Below are positions 12,690 to 25,498 of a stretch of 64,000 nt of DNA, one piece after another. Within the stretch, counting starts at the first letter, position 1; each line of letters begins with the position of its first letter. The DNA comes from Octopus sinensis (Eukaryota): positions 14,446,001 to 14,510,000 of the forward strand of contig NC_043015.1 in NCBI RefSeq assembly GCF_006345805.1, in the 5' to 3' direction. Under the pieces are notes generated by a model. That model saw only the letters and a list, made by a program, of their open reading frames with translations, made no database searches and was not told where the DNA came from. The position numbers and the translations under genes were made by a program.

Positions 12690-14070
12690 TATGATAACAT
12701 TCTTGTGTATATGAATGAGAAAGAAAGGGGTGATGGCAATTCTATGGGGAGAAAAAAATTAAACAGTATTTCAACTCTGAGTATATGTGAATGTATGTAA
12801 AAGGAAGGCATGTGAATGTTTGTTTGTGTGTGTGTGTGTGTGTGTTGTGTGTGTGTGTGTGTGTGTGCAATGAAAGTGGGATGGTGAACATTCAATACTG
12901 AAAAGAAAGATCAACCAGCATTTCAACTCTGTGTGTATGTGTGTACATGTACAAGGGAAGTATGTGAATGTTTGTAAAGATTGTTGTCACATCTCAACAT
13001 ACAACCACTAGATAACATTGATTAATTTGAATTAATATCCATAATCTATCTTTTGTCCTTATTTATATATAAAACTAGCTGGCCCCATGCTATCAAAAAT
13101 GATGGCTAATTGTAGTATTTTATATAAATAAGGTACATAATAATCACGCATACAAACATTCACAACTTCCCTTGTGTGTACACGCACATACATACACACA
13201 TATACTCACACAGAGTTGAAACACGGTTTGATTTTTCGTCTCAGTGTTGAATGTTCACCATCCCACTTCCATTGCACACACACACACACATAAACAAACA
13301 CACACATACACACACACAGACGAACATTCACATAACTCCCTTTTACATACTTACATACACACACATATACTCACGCAGAGTTGAAATGCTGTTTGATTTT
13401 TTTTCACCATAGAACTTCTATCATCCCACTACCAAGTTTACCATCATCCCTTCCTTCCTTATTCATCTATCACCCCTTCCTTTCTCATTCATATGTTGTG
13501 ATAGAGAAATACACAAGAGTATTATTATAGTAGATACTACAGCTAGCAGGCCCTGTGCCATAAAAAATGACGGCAAATTGCATTTTATATATAAACAAGA
13601 GCACTCAGAGAGTGCAAACCTCCGCCAAGGCAACAGAAACGTCCTCTCAATAATTAGCCAGAGATGATTTTTAAAATGAGAATATCTGAAATAAACTCAA
13701 CTGCTCTCACAAATGAGAATACTAAAAATGAACCGGACCGCCCTCAAAGATTAAGAAGAAAAACAGGAAAAATAATCCAGAATCCTTTTCTGATACCTGA
13801 TCGATCCCAAAATCTAATCAGTTTGTGACAGTCATGAGGCCAAACATCCCTGAAAGTTTCATCAAAATCCATCCAGCGGTTTTTGAGATATTTTGTCCAC
13901 GGACAAACAAACAAACAAACATGACTGAAAACAATACCTCCGCCTTCGCTAAGGCAGAGGTGATAAGGTACAAAATAATCCAGATACAAACATTCACATA
14001 CTTCCCTTGTACATGCACACACATACATACATATACTCACACAGAGTTGAATTGCTGTTTGATTTTTTTC
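12690..14070. mobile_element. Cluster of related non-autonomous Helitron-like units: one + copy at about 12690-12975 and two - copies at about 13076-13505 and 13543-14070
   Basis: The minus copies end in hairpin + CTAG (gccgtcattttttatggcacagggcctgctag; a similar end at 13076-13108). 12700-12975 is an inverted match to 13145-13490. Confidence 0.55.
13595..13962 (-). mobile_element. Helentron-associated (HINE/DINE-type) non-autonomous element
   Basis: Subterminal acctccgcc repeat at about 13619, terminal hairpin acctccgcctt-cgct-aaggcagaggt, and an internal (ACAA)n tract. There is no TSD relative to the empty site in the sister unit at about 13120-13140. Confidence 0.75.
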
Positions 14071-14104
14071 TCTCCTTCTTTCTGTGTTTTTCTCTCTCTG
14101 TGTA

Positions 14105-14142
14105 TCTTTCTGTTGAAGAGCGTAGGCTCGAAACGTTAAAGA
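14105..14142 (+). ncRNA. Minimal hammerhead-like motif with variant core (CUGUUGA), same family as 11460
   Basis: TCTTT-CTGTTGA-A-GAGC gtag GCTC-GAAA-CG-TT-AAAGA, followed by a tail similar to 11500-11590 and then (TA)n. Confidence 0.55.
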
Positions 14143-14239
14143 CTTGTTTTATTTATATTTCCTGAGCGCCATACTAATACAATTGTTCGTTTGTTTTCCA
14201 CCTGCCTTCGTCTTTTGTTTATTTTCATAAAGCTTCCCG

Positions 14240-14290
<51 letters not shown>

Positions 14291-14293
<3 letters not shown>

Positions 14294-14977
14294 AATAATA
14301 TAAATATTAGGAATAAATCCAAATTTACAGGGAAAAATCAGATTTAGGATTGAATCCAATTTTATAGTAAAATATTATATTATATTAATTAGAGACAAAA
14401 CCACTATTATGCAAATCAAACAAAGAAAGACTTAAGCCAATACATAAAATAATTTATATAATTTAGAAATTTAACAATTATGAATTTAACAATTATGAAT
14501 AACCACTACGATCGTTTCATGTCTTTGAGACATTCTTCAGGTGGTTTCAAAACCTAAAATATAATCAATATTTTTAAGATATAAATAATCTATATAATCT
14601 AAATAAAAATTTACTTATAATAAACTCTATTATTAAATATGATTATATCGAAATCGACTATAATGTTAAATATTAACTTTAATTTATAAGGTAGAAATCC
14701 ATATTCAAATATCCATTTTAGTCTATATCTACTTATACAGATATTATAATGCAGCCCTATACTTCTACACATTACTTATGCATACTCGCACACACACACA
14801 TACAATCACTCATTCATAAGCATATACTCTCAGCAATACACTAACACAGAGGAGAAGTAACATCCAGTAACCGCAGATTAAATTTCTAAATTTATATAAA
14901 TTATTTTATGTATTGGCTTAAGTCTTTCTTTGTTTGATTTGCATAATAGTGGTTTTGTCTCTAATTTAATATAATAT
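14291..14977 (-). mobile_element. Non-coding HHR-bearing PLE-type element with inverted partial terminal repeat
   Basis: Arms at about 14374-14474 and 14878-14977 are inverted. Both sides are flanked by (TA)n, and the element is homologous to 40094-40758. Confidence 0.8.
14501..14546 (-). ncRNA. Type-I hammerhead ribozyme, canonical core
   Basis: Minus strand: AACCAC-CTGAAGA-ATGTC tcaaa GACAT-GAA-ACGATCGT-A-GTGGTT. Helix I is 6 bp, helix II is 5 bp, helix III is a perfect palindrome, and the site is GUA. Confidence 0.88.
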
Positions 14978-14981
14978 ATAT

Positions 14982-15026
<45 letters not shown>

Positions 15027-15189
15027 ACACACACACATATGTATATATGTATATATATGTATAATATATATGTATATATATGTATATATATGTATATATA
15101 TATATATGCACATGTATGTATGTATGTATGTATATATATATATATGTATGTGTGGTGTATATATATATATACACACACACAGACACCCA

Positions 15190-15525
15190 TACCTATTCTT
15201 TTATCTTCTACTTGTTTCAGCCATTAGACTGTGGCCATGCTGGGGCACCATCTTGAAGAATTTGTAATCTAATGAATAAACCCAAGCACTTGTTTTTTTA
15301 AAAAAAAAAAACTGGTATTTATTCTTTCACTCTCTTTTGCCAAATGACTAAGATACAGGGACATAAACATAACAACACCGGTTGTCATGTACACACACAC
15401 AGACATGATGGGCTTCTTTCACTTTCTGTCTACCTAATCCACTCACTGACCCAAGATGTCACACAGTGGGACTGAACCTAGAACTATGTGATTGGGCAAC
15501 AAACTTCTAACCACACCACCATGCC
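15190..15525 (-). mobile_element. tRNA-derived SINE, degenerate (same family as 17925-18327)
   Basis: Shares cagtgggactgaacc, ccaagatg and ggccatgctgg...gcacc blocks with 17925-18327. Confidence 0.7.
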
Positions 15526-15640
15526 TATGCATATATACATATATCATCAGCATCATAAAAAAATTCTTTAATGCGTTTTCCATGCAGACTTTTTAATATC
15601 ATCATCATCATCATCATCTTCATTAATAATAATAATAATA

Positions 15641-15672
<32 letters not shown>

Positions 15673-15691
15673 AAATAATATTAATAATGAT

Positions 15692-15731
<40 letters not shown>

Positions 15732-15846
15732 TTTAAAGGATTGATATTACTCCTCCAGAAAGTAAAGAAACAATAAGAAGAGTGTGACTGTTATCGAATG
15801 AGATGTTGAAATATTGTTCATTTGATAACTCTTCTTATTGTTTCTT

Positions 15847-15901
<55 letters not shown>

Positions 15902-15903
15902 CA

Positions 15904-16850
15904 TTATTTTTATTCTTGGGAGGTATGGTCGGTGGTCCATTTTGGGCTCTGTGTTTTTCAGTTCTTTGATTATTTTATTTTTATATTATCATAATCATTA
16001 GGCTCCCCTTCGTTGTTTACATCGTGTTTGTTGGGAATGTTGCGTTTGTCTTCGTGTTTTACAGTTTCAGTTTTTATATTATTGGGCATTGTTGTGTGGC
16101 TTCTATCTACATTTTCCTGGTGTATTTTTTCTTAAATGTTCTATTTCTATTTCTGATATTTTTTGGCTTTGAGAATGTATCTTCGTACGTTAGCTAATTT
16201 ATTAGGTTCATTGCTGTATCCAAGTCTATATCTCTATTATTTTCCTTCCATATTTTATATGTATGTGTTGTTGTATTTTCATTTTGTGGGTAGAGCATTG
16301 CTGTGAAGTATGCGTGTAAGATAGAAATGTATTCCTCACGTGTCCATTTACGTCTTTTGGTTTTATTTGCGGGACATGAGGTACAACGTCCGGCCCATTA
16401 TTTTGACGGTCGTCATTTTCGTAGGGTACCGTTCCGTTTATTTCTGTTGTCACATTATTTCGCACGTGTAGTTTTTCGTACATTTTTTGTTGTAGGTTTA
16501 ATGTACGTACCGCTCGATTGTTATTCTTGGTTGAATAGTATCGGTGGCATTTAATTTCTTCGTAGTTCCTTTGTACATGGTGTTTGAGGTCGGGGATGAT
16601 CGTGTGTTTCCACGCATGTTTACATGTGTTGTGTTAGAGGTGGAGATAATATCGAGTCAAAATACATCATTTCATTTCGAAAATAGTAATAAATTTCAAT
16701 TAGTATTACTTACTCGGATATAGTCAATTCTTTGTTAGTAAATCTTTGGCTCCATAGGGTGTCCTGTTTTCGATGTTTGTGGATAGATTTCGGAGCTCTG
16801 TATTTTCCTTCTTACATCTTAAACGTCCCCGGTGTTTAAGATGTAATATC
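15904..16850 (-). mobile_element. 5' part of a Dong/R4-clade non-LTR retrotransposon in a (TAA)n tract
   Basis: The minus strand encodes KTKRRKWTREEYISILHAYFTAMLYP...TYKIWKENN, then LANVRRYILK after a frameshift. This is the N-terminal motif typical of R4/Dong. Both flanks are (TAA)n, the known Dong target. Confidence 0.65.
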
Positions 16851-16851
16851 A

Positions 16852-17165
<314 letters not shown>

Positions 17166-17173
17166 TATTATTA

Positions 17174-17214
<41 letters not shown>

Positions 17215-17527
17215 TTTATTATTTCTATTATTATTTAAAACAGTTTGATTAAAGTGTCACAGGCTTCTAACAGAGACCTAGCTCATTCAGGATCAAATTA
17301 CTGAACGGAGGAAGACAGGACGTCCAAGATGGTTACTGGAAAATAGACTGCTATTGGTCAAGGTGGGTCACATGGTGTTGTTAGAAGTGAGACCAGCATT
17401 TTAGTGACACCAGATGCATTAGAAGGGAAAATTTCTTGGATTGCAAGGCTGAATAGGAAGCTGGTGATATCTAAATGTCTGATGGGTCTTTGAAGGGACT
17501 TGAAAGGTGACAGAAGCAAGGCCAGCA

Positions 17528-17579
<52 letters not shown>

Positions 17580-17924
17580 CTTGTGCGTGTGTGTGAGTGT
17601 ATGTGTGTGTGTGTGTGTGCGCTGCACATATCAGATGTATGAATGCTTGGATGTAGATGTGTCACTTGTTGTACGAGTGTGTGGTGTGTGTGTGTGTGTG
17701 TGTGTGTGCGTGCGTGCATGCATGATTACGTGTATTAGGGTCTGCTGTATAGACATACCAGTTTGAGTGCATTTAGAATGTATGTATGTATGTGCACCTA
17801 AGTGTGTATATAAGTGCATACATTCTTGTATTTGTGTATAATTGTATGAGTGTGTGCGTGTTTTTCTGGAAGAACATATATGCATGTGCTTTTGTCTGCT
17901 GTGTGCATGTGTGTGTACATATAT

Positions 17925-18327
17925 ACTCTTTACTCTCTTTTACTTGTTTCAGTCATTTGACTGCAGCCATGCTGGAGCACCGCCTTTAGTCGAGCAAATT
18001 GACCCCAGGACTTATTCTTTGTAAGCCCAGTACTTATTCTATCGGTCTCTTTTGCCGAACTGCTAAGTGACGGGGGACGTAAACACACCAGCATCGGTTG
18101 TCAAGCAATGCTAGGAGGACAAACACTGATACACAAACAAACACACACACATATACATATATACGACAGGCTTCTTTCAGTTTCCGTCTACCAAATCCAC
18201 TCACAAGGCATTGGTCGGCCCGGGGCTATAGCAGAAGACACTTGCCCAAGATGCCACGCAGTGGGACTGAACCCGGAACCATGTGGTTGGTTAGCAAGCT
18301 ACTTACCACACAGCCACTCCTGCGCCT
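17925..18327 (-). mobile_element. tRNA-derived SINE, near full length
   Basis: Minus strand: aggcgcaggagtggctgtgtggtaag (A box)...ccgggttcagtccc (B box)...tcttgggcaagtgtctt (CORE-like)...tail. Confidence 0.85.
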
Positions 18328-18867
18328 GTATATGTATACATATATTCATGCTTTTGGTATTTATGTGTGTGGGCATGACAGATATATGCTAGTGTATTTG
18401 CAACAGCTTTGCTGGGAGCAGGGGGTTTATAGGATATGGACTGATGTTTGGTGAAGGGAAGAGAAGAAAAGAACAGTCAATGTGCATACATAGATATGTG
18501 TATGTGTGCATACACACACCTATATAGACACACACTCTCACTGGCCTTGCTTCTGTCAGCTTTCAAGTCCCTGCAAGGGCTCGCCAGACACCTAGACACC
18601 AACACCTTCCTGTTCATTGATGCAATCCAAGAAATTCATCTGGTGTTACTGAATGCTGCTCTCACTTCTAACAACACCATGCAACTCACCTTGATCAATT
18701 AGCCACCCATTTTCCAGTAGCTATCTTGAACTTCCAGTAGCCATATGGACTTCCTGTCTACCCTCCATTTGGTAACTTGAGCCTGAACAAGCTTGGTTGC
18801 TGTTAGAGGCCCACATAAAGTTGAATCAGACTGTTTTAAATAATAACATATATATAACTCCTACTAG

Positions 18868-19200
18868 TGTGAAGGTATGTGGCTCAGTGGTTAGAGCATC
18901 AGGCTCACAATCATGAGGCAGTGAGCTTGATTCCTGGACTGGGCTGTGTGTTGGATTCTTGAACAAAACAATTTATTTCATGTTGCTCCAGTTTACACAG
19001 TTGTGGAAATGAGTTGGGATGTCACTGGTGCCAAGCTGTATTGGCCTTTGCCTTTCCTTTGGATAACATTGGTGGCATGGAGAGGAGAAGCTGGCATGCA
19101 TAGGCAACTGCTGGTCTTCCATAAACAACCTTGCCCAGAGGGAAACTTTCTAGATGCAATCCCATGGTCATTCATGACCAAAGGGGGTTTTTACCCTTTA
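18868..19200 (+). mobile_element. tRNA-derived SINE, different subfamily
   Basis: gtggctcagtggttagagcatcaggctcacaatcatgagg...gattcctgg tRNA-like head. A related copy is at about 32245-32450. Confidence 0.7.
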
Positions 19201-19290
19201 CCCAACTCCTACAAGATGTGTTGAATACCTTATATTTCATGTCTACTCACTCATATTATATATATATATATATATATTTACACACACATA

Positions 19291-19360
<70 letters not shown>

Positions 19361-19365
19361 ATATA

Positions 19366-19545
19366 TCATCATCGTTAAATGTCCGCTTTCCAGGCTAGCA
19401 TGGGTTGGACGGTTCAACCAGGGTCTGGGAAGCCAGAAGGCTGCACCAGACCCAGTCTGAACTGGCAGTGTTTCTACAGCTGGATGCCCTTCCTAACGCC
19501 AACCACTCAGTGAGTGTAGTGGGTGCTTTTTACGTGCCAGACGAT
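19366..19545 (-). mobile_element. RTE 3' (GAT)n module, short copy
   Basis: catcatcatcgttaaatgtccgctttcc...ggatgcccttcctaacgccaaccactc. Confidence 0.8.
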
Positions 19546-19587
19546 GCTATACATACATATGTGTGTGTGTGCGCGCGCGCACGTGCA

Positions 19588-19620
<33 letters not shown>

Positions 19621-20199
19621 CATGCACTTTTCTATTTGTGTGTAAACAAATGAAGATAATGTATGGCAGGTTGGCTTTTCATGAGAGACAGCTGGAAAGA
19701 AGCTAGATACATGCTATATGTGCCCTTCATTTATATTTATATGGCCTTGATTATTTAAAATCTATGCTCTGGTTATGTACCAGATGTTGCTCCTCGTGTG
19801 TGTATATGTGGATAAACACACTTTCACACAGACACATGGCATACATACATACACACATGAATAGCATAGAAGAAACTGTAAAATGTTTTATCCCTATGAA
19901 ATTCAAAAGTAACATTTGTTGTAAAACATAGCTAACAACTACTCTACTGAAGCAATTTCAAATCTTTTGACTACCTAAATAATTTCATTGTAGTAGCTAC
20001 AACATAACTATTTCTATATGGAGTAGAAAAGAGGCATATTCAAGTCCATAAGAAAGCCATAGGGCAAACTACTGATTAGCGCAACCAATCACAGTGTGAT
20101 GACGAGAATAGTGGGTGAGGAAGAGAGGACGAATGTTTTTTTAAAAATTCACAAAATCATTAATTTTAGCTGCAAACTAATTTTATTGACACCAATGTG

Positions 20200-21330
20200 T
20201 TAGTATTGAATTAACATTTGTCAAAATCAAGTGTGGAAAACAAAATCCATCATGTGGTGTTCGTTTTCATTGATGCATTTCTGAAGACATACTTGGAAGT
20301 TGGCCTCCACTCTCTCCCACATTGCTCTGTTGATTTGGGCGACAACCACGTGAATAGCTTCCTTCAAATTGTCCAATGTATGGGGCTTGTGTGCATACAC
20401 ATGTGTCTTGAGGTTTCCCCACCAAGAAATAATCACACATGGACAAATCAGGGCACTGAGGGGGCCAAGGAATATCAGCAAACTTGGAAATGAGGCAGTC
20501 ACCAAAGAGAGAGCGAAGAATGTCCATTGATGTTCTAGCTGTGTGGGCCATCACCCTATCTTGCTGAAACCACACACATTGAATAGACACACGGTTTCGC
20601 TGTAGTTCAGGCTCAAAGAACTTGTTTATCGTCTCGAGGTAACACTTGGAGTTCACAGAAACAGCATTTCCTTTATTGTCTTCAAAAAGGTAAGGACCAA
20701 TGACAGCAGCTTTTCCAACAGCCCACCAAACTGTCACTTTTGGGCTGTGCAGTGGTCTTTCATGCAGTTCTCTTGGATTTTCAAAAGCCCAGTACCAACA
20801 GTTCTGTTGATTCACCATGCCATTGAGCTGAAAATGAGCCTCATCACTCATTAACAAAATGAGGTCATTTGCCTAAAAAATTGTTCCCATCTGATGTGCA
20901 AAGTTAAGCTACCATGCATAGTCCCATGGTTTCAACTGTTGTCCAATGACCAATTTGCATGGATGGAACTGTAGGTCTTCATGCAAAATACACCATACCG
21001 ATTGATTACTGATGCCAAGTTCAGTGGAATGTCTTTGAGTAGAATGATTCAAACTCTGTATCAAAGCTTGTCTGATGCGTTCCACATTTTCTGGTGTCTG
21101 TACCATTTGTGGTGCCCCCACCAATCTCCTATTCATTAGTAAACCTCATGTACGAAGTGCAGTTGCCCAATGTAAGATTGTGTTGCAGGTGGGAACAGCC
21201 TGATTTCAGTGAATGTTGAAGTGGCATTGATACTCACGCTAAACTGCTGTGACAGACTCATCATTCTTCATGTAACTGTCATAGGCAAACACATGGTGCT
21301 CTATCTTCCACACTGCCATGGCTTCACCTG
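20200..21330 (-). mobile_element. Tc1/mariner transposase remnant, DD41D (rosa-type) spacing; boundaries approximate
   Basis: ORF 20267-20857 has MSDEAHF...WFQQD...CPDLSMCDYF, with 41 residues counted between the second and third D. The N-terminal part is ORF 20909-21136. TIRs are not clearly identified. Confidence 0.85.
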
Positions 21331-22981
21331 AAATGAAAAAAATAGATGCTAAGACACCATGGACCAAATGGTAACTGTCAGACATATGTCCCTCCTCCTG
21401 GGGCTGAGTAATAGCCATTTCAAAAATGACTTCCCTGTCTGCCCTACTCTGTCTAAGAGATATCCATAATCTCTTATCAGTTCATAGTGTTCCTCTTTCC
21501 ACTCTCAAATGATGAAGAGGAGACAACACTTCAAAATGCATGCATCCATCAGTCTTGTTAGAGGATTCTTTAAACTGACTTGTGTTTACACCTATTTGTC
21601 TACAGCGAGAAATTTTCTCCATGACAATACATTGAATGGCTTTCTTATGAGTTTGAATATGTAATGGTTAGCAAATATTGTCACAGCAGCATCTCAAGAG
21701 AACGACAGGTGTGTTTTGCTCTATGTTGAGCTTGTCAATGCTGTACATCACCACCTATGATGAAATTTGTTGTTTGATACAGAAGGAATAATGAATAATA
21801 TAGTGATTGGTATTGCTGAGGGCTTGCTGGGTGCAAAACAACTCAGTGAATGTAATTGAAACAGCATTACATTAAAATCAGTGATTTCAGACTGGAAGAT
21901 GACATAAGTTAGCCATTCAGAAACATAAAAATTTTACTTAAACATTTGTCTATAATAATAAAAACAAAATTCTGTCTGTCTGTGTCTGGGATCCCTTTAT
22001 CTCAGTCTACATTTGCTCTGCATAAATGTATTATACCTTTTGGGAATCAGGATGATCCCGGGATTGAAAATCTGCCCGCCATTTGGTTCTTGAACATTCA
22101 GTATTTGGGTTACTATTTCTAGCAGGTATTATAATCCTGCTTGTTCATTTGTTCACACTTTATGCTTTCGTTTGTTAGAGAGAGGGGGCGGTGAACTGAG
22201 AGTGAGAGAGAGGGAGGGATGGAGAGTGAGAGAGAGAGGGAGAGGAAGTGTGAGAGCAAGAGATAGGGAAGGAGAATGATATAGCAGATAGCCAGCAGGT
22301 GCATTAAACTGTCAGTTGTCATGCAGTCAGTGGAAGAAGTGAGATGTGAAGAGAGAGAGAAAAAGAGGGAATGTTAATGATGTAAAGAGGGGATTTACCA
22401 TGATTAAAACGTTTGTTGAAGTAAGAAGTAGAGAGAGGGAGAGAGAGAGAGAGAGAGATAAAGTGTTTAGAGGAAAAAAATTTTAAATCATATAATTATC
22501 GTGATCGGAAATGAAATAACTTAGCAAAATAGCTGTGGATGTTTATTTTTTTAAATTTGTAATGGAATTGAAACTAATCATGTAAATAAAAGCATTGTGT
22601 ATATTTTCTATATTGTTTTGTGTACATTAATTGTATATAATGTAAAGTAATTATGATAAAATATTGCATAATAAGGAACATGCAATTATATATTGATCTT
22701 GCAGTTTCAATAGAATTCAATACTTATGAATGATATGTGTATTAAGTATTGTATACATTGTTATTGCATATTTTTTGGAAAAAAAGGAATATTTTGAATT
22801 TCTCTTTTGCACAGATGTCTAGATGTTCATTATATGGATCATTCCTATTAGATGGATCCTACAGGTATGAATGTATGTATGTATAAATGAATGTGTGCAT
22901 ACAAGTGTATGTATGTGTGTGTATGTACATAAGTGTGTCTGAATGTCTGTCTGTATGTATGTATGCATGTTTGTATGTATG

Positions 22982-23189
22982 TTTTATATCCTTGACAAAC
23001 ATTGGATATATAATTTAACAATGCAGAGGTAAAATCAATGTGTTCACACAACGTACGTCACGAGACTCCAAAACACCATCTCAACAACTCCTATCAACCC
23101 TCAACTCAACCAATATGCTGTTCTTTATAAGAGTTCAGCTAGTTCATTCTTCCAATTCCCTAGGGGTGTCAATGACTCTCACCACAACA
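22982..23189 (-). repeat. 3' LTR of the Gypsy element
   Basis: On the minus strand it follows the polypurine tract aaagggggaga. Homologous to 30277-30459. Confidence 0.8.
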
Positions 23190-23444
23190 TCTCCCCCTTT
23201 AAGATTGACTTCCATTGGAAGATAATATTATTATTTTTCTTTCATCACATCTCCCTTTTTGAGATTTTCCTCCCAGGGAAGTTTAATATTTCTTCTGTTT
23301 AGGTTCTACTTCCAACCGTTCTGTTTGTTTTCTCTTTCTTGTGCTGCTACGCCTAGGTTCAATTTATTGTGACTTTGCAGCATCAAAGGTGTTATGACAC
23401 TTCCATGAGTATCTCTTTTTTTTTCTATACATCTATTTTTTTAG

Positions 23445-24428
23445 TTAGTTTAAATGTCTTTTGTGTTCCCATTTTTCACCTCTTATCATATATGTCATTT
23501 TGCCTATTCTTTTTGTTACTACTCTGTCTTCCCAACCTTGTCTTCCATTTTTATATATTTTGAAAAACACCTTGTCACTGATATCAAAATGCTTTGACGT
23601 ATTTTTAGTGTTTTCCTTGTGTGTTTTTTTAACTGGTAGCAGCTCGTCAAAATCTGACTTTATCTTTCGAGAAAACATTAATTCTGCAGGTGACTTGCCT
23701 GAAAAAGTGTTTAGGTTTGGTGTTATCTTATAGACCCTCAAGAATTGTGTCAGTGCTGTGTCATTGACTAGCTCATTTCTTGAGTTCTTTAATGCTCTTT
23801 TAAATGTTTCCACAAGCCTTTCCACTAGTTCATTTGATCTTGGGTGATACAGAGGTGTGGTGATATGTTCAATTGAGTACATTTTGCAAAAAGTCTTAAA
23901 TTCATTCACTGTGAATTGTGTCCCATTATCAGAGACTATGGTATCCGGGACACCATACCTAGCAAAAAGTTTGTGTAGAAATTCCACTGTTACTGTAGAT
24001 GTTGGTTTTCTACATTTACACATTTCTGGCCATTTTGAAAAGCTGACTACCACTATAAGATAATATGATCAGTTTAACGGTACTGCAAAGTTTAAGTGTA
24101 GTCTGGACCATGGAATATCGGTCTTGGGTCAAGGTTGAAATTTTATAGGTGGGGATTTTGCTGCAAGAGCTCAACCTCTGCAGGATTTTACCAACTTCTC
24201 AATATCTAGATCCATTTTTGGCCAGTAAACATAACCTTTCATAAGCAACTTCACCCTAGAAATTCTTGGATGTCCAGTGTGGAATTCCTTTAACATTTGA
24301 CTTTGTAGTGAGGTAGATATTATGACCTTCTGTGCATACATAAGCACATTATCATATATTGAATACAAATTCAAAACCGTGTTACGTCCAGCCACACGTA
24401 TTCTCTTATTTGTTTCTTCTGATTTCAC
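23445..24428 (-). pseudogene. Gypsy integrase (HHCC zinc-binding domain + rve core), disrupted
   Basis: HTGHPRISRVK...YVYWP...CRG, followed by FARYGVPDTIVSDNGTQF...TPLYHPRSNELVER. Confidence 0.9.
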
Positions 24429-25498
24429 TATTTTTTTCTTTTTATGATTAACTCGAACGTCTCTGCCTTAATTTTTATTTCCCACAATGTCACAAGCAAT
24501 TTACACACAACATTGCACAATATATTTTTTATTTCATTTTCGGCTTTTAACACTGCTATCACTGTGTCTTCCAGTGGTTCATTGTATTTTGTTATTAACC
24601 TTGACAAGCCTGTCCCAATATTTTTGGTGGCAAATACTCCATTTTGAAGTCATAATTTAGTCGGTTTGTTCCCCAGTGCTGCAATATGTTGCCTGTATGT
24701 GTGGGGATACCCTTTTTTGATCCATAGATCAACAATAATGGGTGGTGGTCTGTCTGCAGACAGAAACTTCTTCCATGTATAAATTTATGGAATTTTTTTA
24801 CTGCAAATAAAATGGCTAATGCTGCTTTTTCTATTTCTGTAACTTTTCTCAGCTAGCAATAATGAACACGAAGCATGAGCTACTGCTTTCAGGCTACCAT
24901 CTTTATATGTGTGAAAAAACACAGATCTAATACCACTTTCACTAGCATCTGCTGCCACTACTATTTCTAAATTTGGGTCATAATGTGATAACAACAATTC
25001 TGACATTAAGACGTTTTTAATTTCTTCAAAAGCTTTTTGGCATTTGTCCAACCAGTTCCCCTTAACGTCTTTTTCTAACAACTTATTCAGGAGTGCTCTT
25101 AAATCATGCATATTTGGTACGTATACCAGGTAGTAATTTGTGAGCCCCCGAAATGCTTGTAATGTTGTAATGTTTTTCGGGGGAAGCATATTTTATATTG
25201 TACTCGCCCTAGATGGGTCTGGTCTTTGTCCATTTTCATCAATAATCTGCCCTTGTTGTTTTATTCTTGGCATAAAAAATTCACTTTTCCTCATTGAGCT
25301 TAAACACATAATCTTTTATTCTTTCGAAGACCTTTTTAACATGCTCAGCATGCTAACCCTGAGATTCACTTTTTCTGAGTATGTTGTCAAGGTAAGCTAC
25401 AGCGAAATCCAAACTTCCGAGCATAATGTCCATAACTTGTTGGAAAATACCAAGTACTACATTTATACCAAAGGGGAGTCAATCACATTTATACAACC

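Noticed and set aside
17355-18705. Inverted pair at about 17355-17525 and 18540-18705 as TIRs of one large element
   Set aside because: The copies are diverged with indels, no TSD is visible, and the interior is SINE plus microsatellite. Two old copies of a dispersed repeat is the simpler explanation.
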